DNA of 64,000 nucleotides from Nannocystales bacterium (lineage in GTDB: Bacteria > Myxococcota_A > Polyangia > Nannocystales > Nannocystaceae). Location of the stretch: the NCBI GenBank assembly GCA_050633305.1, contig JBOEGF010000007.1, positions 256,001 through 320,000 of the forward strand. Reading direction: 5' to 3'. The notes beneath the pieces are model-generated. The model ran no database searches. It was not told where the DNA came from and saw only the letters and a list, made by a program, of their open reading frames with translations. Shown here in pieces: positions 51,602-61,177 of the stretch. The number at the start of each line of letters is the position of its first letter. The stretch's first letter is position 1. A program made the translations under genes and the position numbers.

Positions 51602-51896
51602 GGGGCCCGGCCCCAAGTCGATCAAACGGTCATGGCGGCGCCTCGAGAGCCCATGCCGTCGTTCCTCATCGGTTGCTTGTGCCCGACGAACGCTCTCTCC
51701 TTATCTGCGGGCCTCTCGGTCCTGCGACGGGCGCCGCCGATGTCTGGGCCTCCGTTCGAGCTTCTCTGCGTTGGTCTCCCCCGGGCCATCATCGAAGCAT
51801 TTGCGCCGGATTCGGGGTGCGCGGTGGCGCCGTGAGAGCGCTCATGTTGTACCCCGGAATCCAGGGATACACGGTAGCGTTCCGTGAGCCCGGTCC

Positions 51897-52775
51897 ATGG
51901 CCGTTTCCCTGCGCAGCATTCAAAACGCGACGATCGTGGTCGTTCTTCTCGCGATCCCGGTGGTGTTGTTGCGCAACACGGCCGAGAACCCGCATGAGCT
52001 GAGCGCGTTCGATCGGTCCGTCCGTCGCATCGGAGCGCCGCTCGAGGCCGCCGTCTCGTACTCGACCTCGACGATGGGGTCGTTCTTCGAGCGGTGGCTC
52101 ATGCAGGCGCGGCTGCAGGACTCCAACGAACAGCTCGCCGCGGAGAACCGCGAACTCGCGCAGCGGCTTCGGGAACTTGCCGAGTTGGCCGAGGAGAACA
52201 CCCAGCTTCGACGAGCGCTTCAGATGCGGGACCGGACGCCGGCCGACATGATCCCCGCCGAACGTGTCGGGGTCGACCAGTCTCCGTTCTTCCGGGTTCT
52301 CAACATTCGCATCGATCGCGGGAGCCGGTTCGCAAAGCCGGGCATGGCCGTGCTTTCTCCGGACGGAGTCGTCGGGCGAGTGGACAAGGTGTTCGACGAC
52401 TACAGCGACGTCATGTTGGTGACGGACGCTCGTTCGAAGATCGCGGTCGAGGTCGCCCGCAGCCGAGCCCAGGGCATCCTCCACGGCGACAGCGAGTACG
52501 GCTGCATCGTCGACGTCCCCAAGGACTACGAGGTCGAGCCCGGCGAACTCATCCAGACCAGCGGGGTGGATGAACTCTTCCCCAAGGGACACCCGATCGG
52601 TCGGGTGGTCGACGTCGAGCAGCTCGTCGGGGACCAGCAGCGTCTCCACGTCAAACCCGAGATCCGCTTCGATCGGGTCGACGTGATGTGGGTTGTCCTC
52701 GCCGGGGCTCCCAGGCCGGACACCAGCGAGCCCCCACAGGGCCCCCAAGCGATGGGACTACAACCGGTGCGATGA
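51897..52775 (+). CDS. mreC: Rod shape-determining protein MreC
   Basis: N-terminal TM, coiled coil (LAAENRELAQ..EENTQLRRAL), IDRGS..G..V..GVVGRV, TSG...FPKG. Confidence 0.93.
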   Translation: MAVSLRSIQNATIVVVLLAIPVVLLRNTAENPHELSAFDRSVRRIGAPLEAAVSYSTSTMGSFFERWLMQARLQDSNEQLAAENRELAQRLRELAELAEENTQLRRALQMRDRTPADMIPAERVGVDQSPFFRVLNIRIDRGSRFAKPGMAVLSPDGVVGRVDKVFDDYSDVMLVTDARSKIAVEVARSRAQGILHGDSEYGCIVDVPKDYEVEPGELIQTSGVDELFPKGHPIGRVVDVEQLVGDQQRLHVKPEIRFDRVDVMWVVLAGAPRPDTSEPPQGPQAMGLQPVR

Positions 52776-53326
52776 TCCGGGCCCTCACATACTTGGTCGT
52801 GGGGTGGGCTCTCATCGCCGTCGGTGGAGGCCTTGCCGACGTCTTCATGATCACGGTCATGCTTCCCGCGACGTCGGTCGTATTGCTGACCCACATCGCA
52901 TTCTCCCGGGCGATGCCACTGCCCATGGGGCTCGCGCTGGCCGTCTCGTTCGGCTACCTCGAAGACCTGCACCAAGGGGCGCCCGTGGGAACGCTGACCT
53001 TGGCCTTCGCGCTCGCGTTTCTCGCCCTGTCTTGGGCGGCGGAGCGCATTGCAGTCTCCGGGTGGCCGACGCGCATGCTCACCGCGTTCTTCTCGGTGGT
53101 GCTCGTGGATCTGCTCACCGCGGGGGTGCTCGCTGCGCTTGCCGATCCCCTCGGACTTCGCCGAGAAGCGCTGTGGGTCGCGCTGTGGGACGCTCGGTGG
53201 CACTGCATCGCGACGGCCTTGGTGGCGCCGCCGATCTGGACTCTGTTTGAGCGCTTGTTTTCCTTGCTGAAGATCGAAGAGCCTCGGGCGCCTGATGGGC
53301 CTTCCCCGTTGGGAGCGCGTCGGTGA
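52772..53326 (+). CDS. mreD: Rod shape-determining protein MreD (divergent)
   Basis: Multi-TM with GYLEDL..G.P.G; lies between mreC and mrdA with ATGA/GTGA overlaps. Confidence 0.8.
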   Translation: MIRALTYLVVGWALIAVGGGLADVFMITVMLPATSVVLLTHIAFSRAMPLPMGLALAVSFGYLEDLHQGAPVGTLTLAFALAFLALSWAAERIAVSGWPTRMLTAFFSVVLVDLLTAGVLAALADPLGLRREALWVALWDARWHCIATALVAPPIWTLFERLFSLLKIEEPRAPDGPSPLGARR

Positions 53327-55359
53327 TCAGCCTTCATCAGAAGGACGACCTCCGCGAACTTCGTCCTCGCTTTCAGGCGACGGTCATCTTCGTTGCGCTC
53401 GCGTTCCTCGCGTTGGCCGGGCGGCTATGTCAGCTGCAAGTCCTCGAGGCCGATCACTACGACCGCCGCGCCGAGCGAAACTTCATCGACAAGGTCGACG
53501 TCGAGGCGCCGCGGGGTCGGATCTACGACATCAAGGGACACCCCCTCGCGACCAACCGTTCGTCGTACACGCTGTACATCACGGGGTGGGCGCGGTTCCG
53601 CTTGGAACCTGAGGGGGGCGTGGTCCCGACGCCGGAAGGAAAGCGGGAGGCGATGGACGACACGACGCGCGACCGCATCTTGTCGTTGATCGACTTCATC
53701 GACGAGGCCGACCGCGACAAGTTCCTCGGCGTGGTCGAGGAGTTGCGTGCGGACGAAGCCAAAGGCAGATACGCACAGATCGCGCGCCGGAACCTCAGCT
53801 GGGAGGAGTACGCCCGCATCGAATCCCGGTTGGAAGTGCTCGACCCGTGGGTGGAGATCCGCGAGAGTTCTCGTCGATTCTATCCCGAGGGCGTGCTCAC
53901 TGCGTTCGTGACCGGGCAGATGGGGAACGTCAGCTCCCGGACGCTCGAAGGGTCTCCGCACCTGGGCTACCGGTTGGGTGACCGGGTTGGCCAGACGGGG
54001 ATCGAGCGGCAGTGGGAGAACTACCTTCGCGGTCGACTCGGCGCTCGCTGGCGGGTCGTCGATGCCCGGCGTCGGGAGGTCGACGATGCGCCCGGGTGGG
54101 CGGTCGACTCGCTTCCGCCCGTCCAGGACCCGATCCCCGGCCAGGACATCTACCTCACCCTCGACCTCGACCTGCAGACCGTCGCGTACGAAGCAGTGTC
54201 GGAAAAACTCGCCGGTGCGGTCGTGGCGATGGACGTCAACACGGGTCGGGTGCTTGCGACCGCGTCGGTTCCAACGGTGGATCCCAACCGCTACGAGCAG
54301 CCGATTCCCCTTGCCGAGTGGAAGGCTTGGTCCGACAGCCCGCTCAAGCCGTTCATCGACAAGGCGGTCCAGGAGCACTTCTTCCCCGGCTCGACCTACA
54401 AGGTTGTCTCGGCACTGGTCGCTTTGGGCGACCCCGAGTTCGATCCGGACGAGGAAATCGAGTGCGAGGGCTATGTGAAGTTCGGTAAGCGGAAGTTCCG
54501 CGATACGCACGTGCACGGCCCGATGAACCTCGAGCAGGCGTTGGTGCACTCGTGCAACTCCTACTTCTACGAACTCGCCATTCGCAACACGCTGAGCCTC
54601 GAGCGCGTTGAACCGGTTGCACGCGCGCTGGGCTTGGGGGAGCGGACCGGCTTGGGGATCAACGGTGAGGTCAAGGGCACGGTCCCCACCGAGGAGTTCG
54701 AGGCTCGCGAGGGCACGTACCAGGGCGGCGTTCGTCTCAACAGCGCGATCGGGCAGGGCAACGTGAAGGCCACCGTGATGCAGATCGCCGTGGTCTACGC
54801 GGCGATTGCCAACGGTGGATACGTGCTCACGCCCTACCTTGTCGACCGCATCGAGACCAATGACGAGAAGCTCGTCTTCTCGAGTCAGCCGCAGCGACGA
54901 AGCGAAGCGCCTGTCTTGGATGCCAGCGACCGAGCACGAATTCATGCCGGACTCGTGGGGGTGGTGAACAACGAGGAGGGCACCGCATACAGCGAGCGAC
55001 CGGACAACATCGTCGTGGCTGGAAAAACCGGAACCGCTCAGGTCGGCCGTGAGTATCGGACCGAAGGCGAGACGGAGATCGAGGGCTGGGACACCACCGC
55101 CGACCATGCTTGGTTTGCAGCGTATGCGCCTGCGGACGACCCGCAGATCGTCGTTGTCGCGCTGGTCGTTCACGGCGGGACGGGTGCTGATGCTGCCGCT
55201 CCCATCGTGATGCGGGTGATCGACCACTACCTCGGAGACACCTCCTCGGAGACTGAGCTCCGCCCACGGGCCTACGGCGTTCCGCCCCCGCTTCCTGGGC
55301 AACAAGCCGACGACACCCCGGTTCGCGGTGGTGGGCTCGGCAAGGAGGCCGCGCCGTGA
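53323..55359 (+). CDS. mrdA: Penicillin-binding protein 2
   Basis: APRGRIYD, G.TGIE, PGSTYK (SxxK), SCN, KTGTAQ, DHAWF. Confidence 0.95.
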   Translation: MISLHQKDDLRELRPRFQATVIFVALAFLALAGRLCQLQVLEADHYDRRAERNFIDKVDVEAPRGRIYDIKGHPLATNRSSYTLYITGWARFRLEPEGGVVPTPEGKREAMDDTTRDRILSLIDFIDEADRDKFLGVVEELRADEAKGRYAQIARRNLSWEEYARIESRLEVLDPWVEIRESSRRFYPEGVLTAFVTGQMGNVSSRTLEGSPHLGYRLGDRVGQTGIERQWENYLRGRLGARWRVVDARRREVDDAPGWAVDSLPPVQDPIPGQDIYLTLDLDLQTVAYEAVSEKLAGAVVAMDVNTGRVLATASVPTVDPNRYEQPIPLAEWKAWSDSPLKPFIDKAVQEHFFPGSTYKVVSALVALGDPEFDPDEEIECEGYVKFGKRKFRDTHVHGPMNLEQALVHSCNSYFYELAIRNTLSLERVEPVARALGLGERTGLGINGEVKGTVPTEEFEAREGTYQGGVRLNSAIGQGNVKATVMQIAVVYAAIANGGYVLTPYLVDRIETNDEKLVFSSQPQRRSEAPVLDASDRARIHAGLVGVVNNEEGTAYSERPDNIVVAGKTGTAQVGREYRTEGETEIEGWDTTADHAWFAAYAPADDPQIVVVALVVHGGTGADAAAPIVMRVIDHYLGDTSSETELRPRAYGVPPPLPGQQADDTPVRGGGLGKEAAP

Positions 55360-56471
55360 ACCCATTGCTCGATGATCCGCGCAGCTGGAGCGCGCGCCTC
55401 CGTCACTCGATCGACTGGGTGGTCATCACGTTGACCGCTGCCATCGTCACGCTTGCGGTCATCAACCTCAACAGCGCGGGTGATGGCGACTGGAGCGGTC
55501 GGGTCGCGACGCAGCTGCGTTGGATCGGTCTTGGGTCGATCGCCATGCTCATCGTCACGGCGATCGATCTGCGCGCCGTGTATCGGCTGGCGTATGCGGC
55601 CTACGGGTTTGGCGTGGGGCTGCTGTTGCTCGTCCCGTTCTTCGGGATCAAGGTCAACAACGCCCAGCGCTGGCTCGGCGTCGGCGACTATCGGATCCAG
55701 CCCTCCGAGCTGATGAAGGTGCTCATCGTGCTCGCGCTCGCTCGCTTTCTGCACGATGCGGCGGCCAAGGAACTCTCCAACCTGCGCCGTCTGGTGGTGC
55801 CTTTCGTCATGGTGCTGCTGCCCGCGGCGCTGATCATCCGGCAGCCCGACCTCGGCACGGGGATCATGCTGCTGCTGGTCTCGTTCTCGCTCGTCGTGGC
55901 CGCCGGTCTTCGGGTGCGCATCATCGTGGCGGTGCTGTCCGCAGCGGTGGTGTCCGTGGCGATCGGCTGGAGCTATATGGAGAACTACCAGCGCCGGCGC
56001 ATCGACGTGTGGCTCGACCCTGAACTCTACGCGGACACGGACGGGTACCAGACCATTCAGGCCATGATCAGCGTCGGCAACGGCGGCTTCTTCGGCCGCG
56101 GACTGTCGCAAGGATCGCAGAATGCACTGGGCTTCTTGCCCGAGCCCTACACGGACTTTCCGTTCGCGGTGTACGCCGAGGAGTGGGGCTTTGTCGGAAC
56201 CGCAATGGTGCTGGTGCTGTTCATGAGTCTGACGCTGTGGGCCGTCAACTTGGCCTCGCAGGCCAGCGACCGGTTCGGATCTCTGCTCTGTATGGGCGTT
56301 GCCGCGCTGTTTTTCTGGCACGCCGTCGTCAACATCGCGATGGTTCTGCAGCTCGTCCCTGTCTCCGGGATCACGCTTCCGTTCTTCTCGGCGGGGGGTA
56401 GCAACGTCCTGACGATGATGCTGGGGCTCGGGGTCCTGATGAGCGTGTCGAGATCTCGGCACGCGCGCTGA
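55356..56471 (+). CDS. rodA: SEDS glycosyltransferase RodA
   Basis: AQRW, IQPSELMK, QPDLGT, GYQTIQ..I.VG.GG..G.G, LPEPYTDF, GITLPFFS.GGS. Confidence 0.95.
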   Translation: MNPLLDDPRSWSARLRHSIDWVVITLTAAIVTLAVINLNSAGDGDWSGRVATQLRWIGLGSIAMLIVTAIDLRAVYRLAYAAYGFGVGLLLLVPFFGIKVNNAQRWLGVGDYRIQPSELMKVLIVLALARFLHDAAAKELSNLRRLVVPFVMVLLPAALIIRQPDLGTGIMLLLVSFSLVVAAGLRVRIIVAVLSAAVVSVAIGWSYMENYQRRRIDVWLDPELYADTDGYQTIQAMISVGNGGFFGRGLSQGSQNALGFLPEPYTDFPFAVYAEEWGFVGTAMVLVLFMSLTLWAVNLASQASDRFGSLLCMGVAALFFWHAVVNIAMVLQLVPVSGITLPFFSAGGSNVLTMMLGLGVLMSVSRSRHAR

Positions 56472-56586
56472 CCCATCGAAGCCCGCTCGACCTCGGCGTG
56501 GGCGTGAGGTTGGCATGCGAACACGGTTGCGCAGGGCGCTGTGAGCGTCCCCGGCGAGGGCCGGCGTGATATGAACGGGCGCTACG

Positions 56587-57609
56587 ATGGCGATTGCGAT
56601 CGGTGTTCTGACCAACCCCAACTCGGGGAAGAACCGCAAGAATCCAGACCGGCTCGCCGATCTCGAACGCGCGGTGGCTGGGCATGGGATCGTGCGTCAG
56701 ACGCAGAGCTTGGATGAGCTTGCCGCGGTCATTGCCGAGTTCGGCGACGCGGGGTGCAAGTACTGGGTCGTCGATGGAGGCGACGGAACGCTGCACTGGC
56801 TGCTCTCGACTGCGCAGCAGCAGGCGGAAGAGGGGAATAGCCCATGGCCGATGGTGATCCCAGGGAACGGGGGGAGCATCGATTTCGTCGCCCACAAGGC
56901 GGGGATCCGGGGCCAGGCGCCGGACATCGTTCGGGCGCTGGTCGAGGGGCTCGAGCGGGGGGAGTCGCTGCCGACCGTCGACCTCGACACCCTGCACATC
57001 ACGGGGGCGACCGACGACGAGTCCTTTGAGCGGATCGGCTTCGCGACGGCCATCGGAGGTGTCGCCCAGCGGTTCTTCGACAAGCTCTACCAACGCGACC
57101 GTATCGACCCGCTCGGCATCGTCGACGTCCTGGCCCGCGCATCCGTGGGGGGCGTGGCCGGCAGCGCCCCCAGGCCCCTCCGCAATCGCCTGGTGCCGTC
57201 GCTGCAGCAGTACGCCGACGATATCTTCGAGCCCACGCGGGCGCGGGTGCAGGTCGACGGTGAGGCCTTGGACTTCGACACGTTCTCCAGCCTCCAGGTT
57301 GGGTCGATCGACATCAATCTCGGCGGGGTCGTTCGCACGTTCCGACACGCGGCGGAGTCTGGGGTCATGCACGCGCAGGCGGTCTCATCCTCCCGCTTGG
57401 GTGTGGTCGCGAACCTTCCGAACATCGTGTTCGGAACCCCGATCTGGGGCCGTGACGTGTTCGATGGCCCCGCACGCGAGCTGTCTGCCGAAGCCGTGGG
57501 CGGGAGCACGTTGGACCCTGTCATCGATGGGGAGCTTTGCTTTGGACTCCGTTCGCTTCGCGTCCGCCAAGGTCCCCGCCTGCGGGTGCCTGCGGTTGTT
57601 TGCAGCTAG
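56587..57609 (+). CDS. Diacylglycerol kinase-family (lipid kinase fold) protein
   Basis: NPNSG, DGGDGT, IPGNGGSIDF, IDGE. Confidence 0.78.
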   Translation: MAIAIGVLTNPNSGKNRKNPDRLADLERAVAGHGIVRQTQSLDELAAVIAEFGDAGCKYWVVDGGDGTLHWLLSTAQQQAEEGNSPWPMVIPGNGGSIDFVAHKAGIRGQAPDIVRALVEGLERGESLPTVDLDTLHITGATDDESFERIGFATAIGGVAQRFFDKLYQRDRIDPLGIVDVLARASVGGVAGSAPRPLRNRLVPSLQQYADDIFEPTRARVQVDGEALDFDTFSSLQVGSIDINLGGVVRTFRHAAESGVMHAQAVSSSRLGVVANLPNIVFGTPIWGRDVFDGPARELSAEAVGGSTLDPVIDGELCFGLRSLRVRQGPRLRVPAVVCS

Positions 57610-57774
57610 GAGAGGTTCGGGACCTCCACGGCCAGACGGCCAGGCGGCCGCGGTCCCCCGGGGGCACCTCGAAGCCGGAGCAAAGCCGGTGCGGCGCTTG
57701 AGAATCTGCACGAGTACATAGGACCAGGGCGCGTAAGCCCGACTCGGTCGGCTCGTTGGGCGGGCGGGGTGGGC

Positions 57775-57803
57775 TTGACAGCATTGGTCTGTGTTCCTTT
57801 ACT
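57775..57803 (+). promoter_or_regulatory. sigma70-type promoter
   Basis: TTGACA (57775-57780)-N17-TTTACT (57798-57803); RBS AGGAG at 57816-57820 before ATG 57830. Confidence 0.6.
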
Positions 57804-57829
57804 GCCCCCCTCCCTAGGAGACCGATTCG

Positions 57830-59197
57830 ATGAAACGCACTTGCTTGCTTTCCACCGCCGCCATTCTCGCCACGCTCACGACCTCATCGGTTGCATACGC
57901 GGACACCAAGCCCGCCATCGTTTGGGTCCCAACCGCGGACATCGAGCTGATCCCTTCGGGCACGGTCGATTCGATCTGTCAGAAAATGCAAATGAGTGGC
58001 AGCGCGGTCGCAGCCGGTTGCGTCGCGGGTCTCGAGGAGCCGATCACGCGCGAAGTCAGCGCCGACGCAATGATGATCGCTGGCGAGCTTCGCACCGCCT
58101 TCGCGGACTATGACCTCAACGTCGTCGTCGATCCCCCGCCGGCCTACGTCCCCGTGTTCGCGCTGCTGACCTCCGACAACGAGTCGGAAGAGTCCGGGTC
58201 CTACACGTGCGGCAGCCAGTTCGCGAACTGCTCGGGCCTCTCCCGCGACGCCACGTTCTCCACCAACGCTGGCACGATCACCTGCACCGATCCCGATGCG
58301 GTCCAGGCCGCGGTCTACGCCGTCGGTCGTCTCGCTGGCCTCGAGGGCAAAGACGACCCCATGGACGCGATGCACTACCCGCCCGACTACACGATGCCGG
58401 TCATCACGTTCAACGACGAGTGTGGGCCCATTTCGCAGCAGCTTCGCGGTGAAGACAAGATGACCGAGGTCCCCCTCGAGTGCACCAGTCTCGACCACGT
58501 GGAGTGCGAGGGCGGCGAGCAGAACAGCCACGCCGACTTGCTGGAGAACCTGGGTGCCAACGCGGCCGATTCGGACGCGCCGGTCATCGCAATCTCGTCC
58601 CCGGCCGATGGTGATGTCATCGCCGAAGGCGGCGCCATCAGCGTCGCTGCGACGGTCGAGGAGGCCTCGAACTTCGCCGCAGTCCGCATCACCATCGCTT
58701 CGCCCGCGCTCGAGGGGGTCGAGGGGATCACTGGCGGCGAGATTTCGTTCTGCACCACCGACATCTGCGACGTTAACTTCCTCGAGAATGAGCCGTTCAA
58801 GACCGCCGACTCGGGGTGGGAAACCCCCGACATTGGCGGCCTTCCCGGCGGTGAGTACACGATTACGCTCGAGGGCTCGGACTACTACGGCAACGAGGCT
58901 GAGGCGGTGACGGTCACGGTCACGCTCGAAGGTGGCCCCATCGACCCCTCCGGTGGTGACACCGACGGCGGAAGTGACAGCGACACGACCGACCCGACTG
59001 GTGCCAGCGACACCAACGACACGTTCGTCTCTGGTGGCGACGAGAGCAGCGGTGGCAGCGACACCGACGGTGGTGGCGACGGCGGCGCATCCGACGACGG
59101 CGGCGGTGGATGCTCGGTCGGCTCCCGCGGCGTGGGCGGAAGCTTCGCCATGATGCTCGGCCTCCTCGGCCTGGGACTGCTTCGTCGTCGGGACTAA
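57830..59197 (+). CDS. Secreted MYXO-CTERM surface protein: Cys-rich degenerate metzincin-like domain, Ig-like domain, D/T/G/S linker
   Basis: Signal peptide ..AYA; Ig-like start DAPVIAISSPADG; C-terminal GGGCSV...MLGLLGLGLLRRRD sorting signal. Confidence 0.8.
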   Translation: MKRTCLLSTAAILATLTTSSVAYADTKPAIVWVPTADIELIPSGTVDSICQKMQMSGSAVAAGCVAGLEEPITREVSADAMMIAGELRTAFADYDLNVVVDPPPAYVPVFALLTSDNESEESGSYTCGSQFANCSGLSRDATFSTNAGTITCTDPDAVQAAVYAVGRLAGLEGKDDPMDAMHYPPDYTMPVITFNDECGPISQQLRGEDKMTEVPLECTSLDHVECEGGEQNSHADLLENLGANAADSDAPVIAISSPADGDVIAEGGAISVAATVEEASNFAAVRITIASPALEGVEGITGGEISFCTTDICDVNFLENEPFKTADSGWETPDIGGLPGGEYTITLEGSDYYGNEAEAVTVTVTLEGGPIDPSGGDTDGGSDSDTTDPTGASDTNDTFVSGGDESSGGSDTDGGGDGGASDDGGGGCSVGSRGVGGSFAMMLGLLGLGLLRRRD

Positions 59198-59319
59198 CAC
59201 ACGCGGCGATTCCCCGTTCACCTCGCGACCCCCTGGGGCGCACGGCATGCGAACGGAAGATGAGGCGGGACTCCACGTGGGGCTCCCGCCTTCGTCATTG
59301 TGGGGGTAGGCTGCGCGCC

Positions 59320-59913
59320 GTGGGCCGCCCCCGAGCCGAAGATGTATTGGTGTCGACGCCGCAGCGGGTGCTCGAGGCGGCGGAATCGGTGTTCGCGGAA
59401 CAGGGCTACGGTCCGGCGAAGCTCGCCGACATCGCAGCGAGAGCGGGCATTCGACGACCGTCGCTCCTGTACCACTTCAAGAGCAAGCAAGAGCTGTATC
59501 AGGCGACGGTCCAGCGCGCCTTCTCAGACTTGGGTGAGGCGTTGCAGGCCGCGATGCTGGCCTCGGGATCCTTCGAGGAGCGGCTGCTCGAAACAGCGGA
59601 ACGCTATGCGGAATTCTTGTCGGAGCACGAACACGTGGCGCGTATCGTCCTGAGAGAGCTGCTCGATTCCAATGGACCTGGTCCCGGGACCGATATCCTC
59701 ATGACCCAAGTCTCGCCACTCGTCGACGCCGTGGAAGCGTTCATCGGCAGCGTCGGGAACGATGTCATCGCCGATGGGGCACCGATTCGGTCTCGCGTGA
59801 TGTGCATTGCGTCCACACTAATCATGCGTGCGGCAGCCCAAGTCCGTGACGTCTTGTGGGGGCCTGAGCACCACGCCCGCACGCTCGCTCGCGCCCTGTT
59901 CCTTCGATCATGA
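59320..59913 (+). CDS. TetR/AcrR family regulator
   Basis: GTG 59320 gives MGRPR...RVLEAA..VFAEQGY...LADIAARAGI..PSLLYHFKSK. Confidence 0.92.
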   Translation: MGRPRAEDVLVSTPQRVLEAAESVFAEQGYGPAKLADIAARAGIRRPSLLYHFKSKQELYQATVQRAFSDLGEALQAAMLASGSFEERLLETAERYAEFLSEHEHVARIVLRELLDSNGPGPGTDILMTQVSPLVDAVEAFIGSVGNDVIADGAPIRSRVMCIASTLIMRAAAQVRDVLWGPEHHARTLARALFLRS

Positions 59914-60512
59914 CGACGCCAGACATCATCCTTTGGGACGTGATGGGAACGTTGGTCCACGACCCGTTCTACGAGGAGGTCCCCGCATCCTTCGGCATGA
60001 GCTTGGAACAACTCCTCGCGGTCAAACACCCCTCGGTGTGGTCGGCGTGTGAGCGCGGGGAAGTGTCTGTCGAGGACATGGAAGCGAACTTCTTCGCGGA
60101 CGCTCGCGTCTACGACATCGCTGGCCTTCGGCAGACGATGACGCAGAGCTATCGTTGGCTACCGGGGGTCGAGGGCTTGGTGCAGTCGCTCCGGACCCGT
60201 GGGGTCCCGATGCATGTCGTGTCGAACTACACGCCTTGGTACTCGATGATCGAGGACGCGCTGTCCCTGTCAGCGTGGATGCCGTGGAGCTTCGTCTCCT
60301 GTGATGTCGGCTTCCGAAAGCCGGACCCGAGGTACTACGCCGCGGTGCTCGAGCGTCTGTCGGTCGCCGCGGAGCGTTGCGTGTTCATCGACGATCGGGA
60401 CGTAAACTGCGCCGGGGCAGCGGACGCGGGTATGCACACGATTCGGTTTGAAGACGGTGTGACCACGGCTACGACACTGTCGGCGCTTGGCCTCGGCGAC
60501 GGGGTGGGCTGA
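59910..60512 (+). CDS. HAD-superfamily phosphatase
   Basis: Motif I WDVMGT, motif II VSN, RKPDP, FIDDR..N..GA...G. Confidence 0.9.
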   Translation: MTTPDIILWDVMGTLVHDPFYEEVPASFGMSLEQLLAVKHPSVWSACERGEVSVEDMEANFFADARVYDIAGLRQTMTQSYRWLPGVEGLVQSLRTRGVPMHVVSNYTPWYSMIEDALSLSAWMPWSFVSCDVGFRKPDPRYYAAVLERLSVAAERCVFIDDRDVNCAGAADAGMHTIRFEDGVTTATTLSALGLGDGVG

Positions 60513-60753
60513 CGGGCCGAGCCCGGGCGGCTCTGGCGACGGAGGCGCGAAGCGCGTTTCGCACCCGGTGGATGCCAACCCGTTTCCATCTTGGATCCCG
60601 TGCCAGTAGCGGAGCCGGGAGACGACGTACGGGCAGGTAGGGGCGCGTCGCCTTTTCGACTTCGATCGCGTCTGGTGGAGTGGTGGGGAGGTTGTCGGCG
60701 GCGAATGGTCGTGCGCCCGGCCTCACCCTCAAACGTCCGCGAAGGGAAGGCAG

Positions 60754-61122
60754 ATGAAGCTACCACTCGAGATTGTGTTCCGAAACGTCAACCGAACCGC
60801 CGAAGTCGAAGACCGTATCCGAGCCAAAGCCGCAAAACTCGACAGGATGTTCGATCGGATCACAGGTTGCCGGGTGGTGGTGGAGTCCCCCCACAACCAC
60901 CACGTCAAGGGCAACACGTACCACGTCTCGGTTGAAGTCAAGGTTCCAGCGGAGACCATCGTGGTCAATCGCGACCCGCAGAACCACGATCACGACGAAC
61001 TCTCGATTGCTCTCCGCGATGCGTTCTCAGCCGCACAGCGGCGCCTTCGTGCCTACTCGCGACAGCGCAACGCGTCGACGTCACGCTCGGGGATGCGAAT
61101 CGCCGAAGTCCTCGGCCCCTGA
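60754..61122 (+). CDS. HPF/RaiA-family ribosome-associated protein
   Basis: LEIVFRN, KAAKLDRMFDRITGCRVVVE, ALRDAFSAAQRRL; RBS GGAAGG. Confidence 0.85.
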   Translation: MKLPLEIVFRNVNRTAEVEDRIRAKAAKLDRMFDRITGCRVVVESPHNHHVKGNTYHVSVEVKVPAETIVVNRDPQNHDHDELSIALRDAFSAAQRRLRAYSRQRNASTSRSGMRIAEVLGP

Positions 61123-61141
61123 GCGCGAGCTCGGTGCGATG

Positions 61142-61170
61142 AAAAGGCGGCCTGTACGGGCCGCCTTTTT
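61142..61170. terminator. Bidirectional intrinsic terminator between HPF and proA
   Basis: AAAAGGCGGCC-TGTACG-GGCCGCCTTTTT between convergent genes. Confidence 0.88.
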
Positions 61171-61177
61171 CGTTGGT

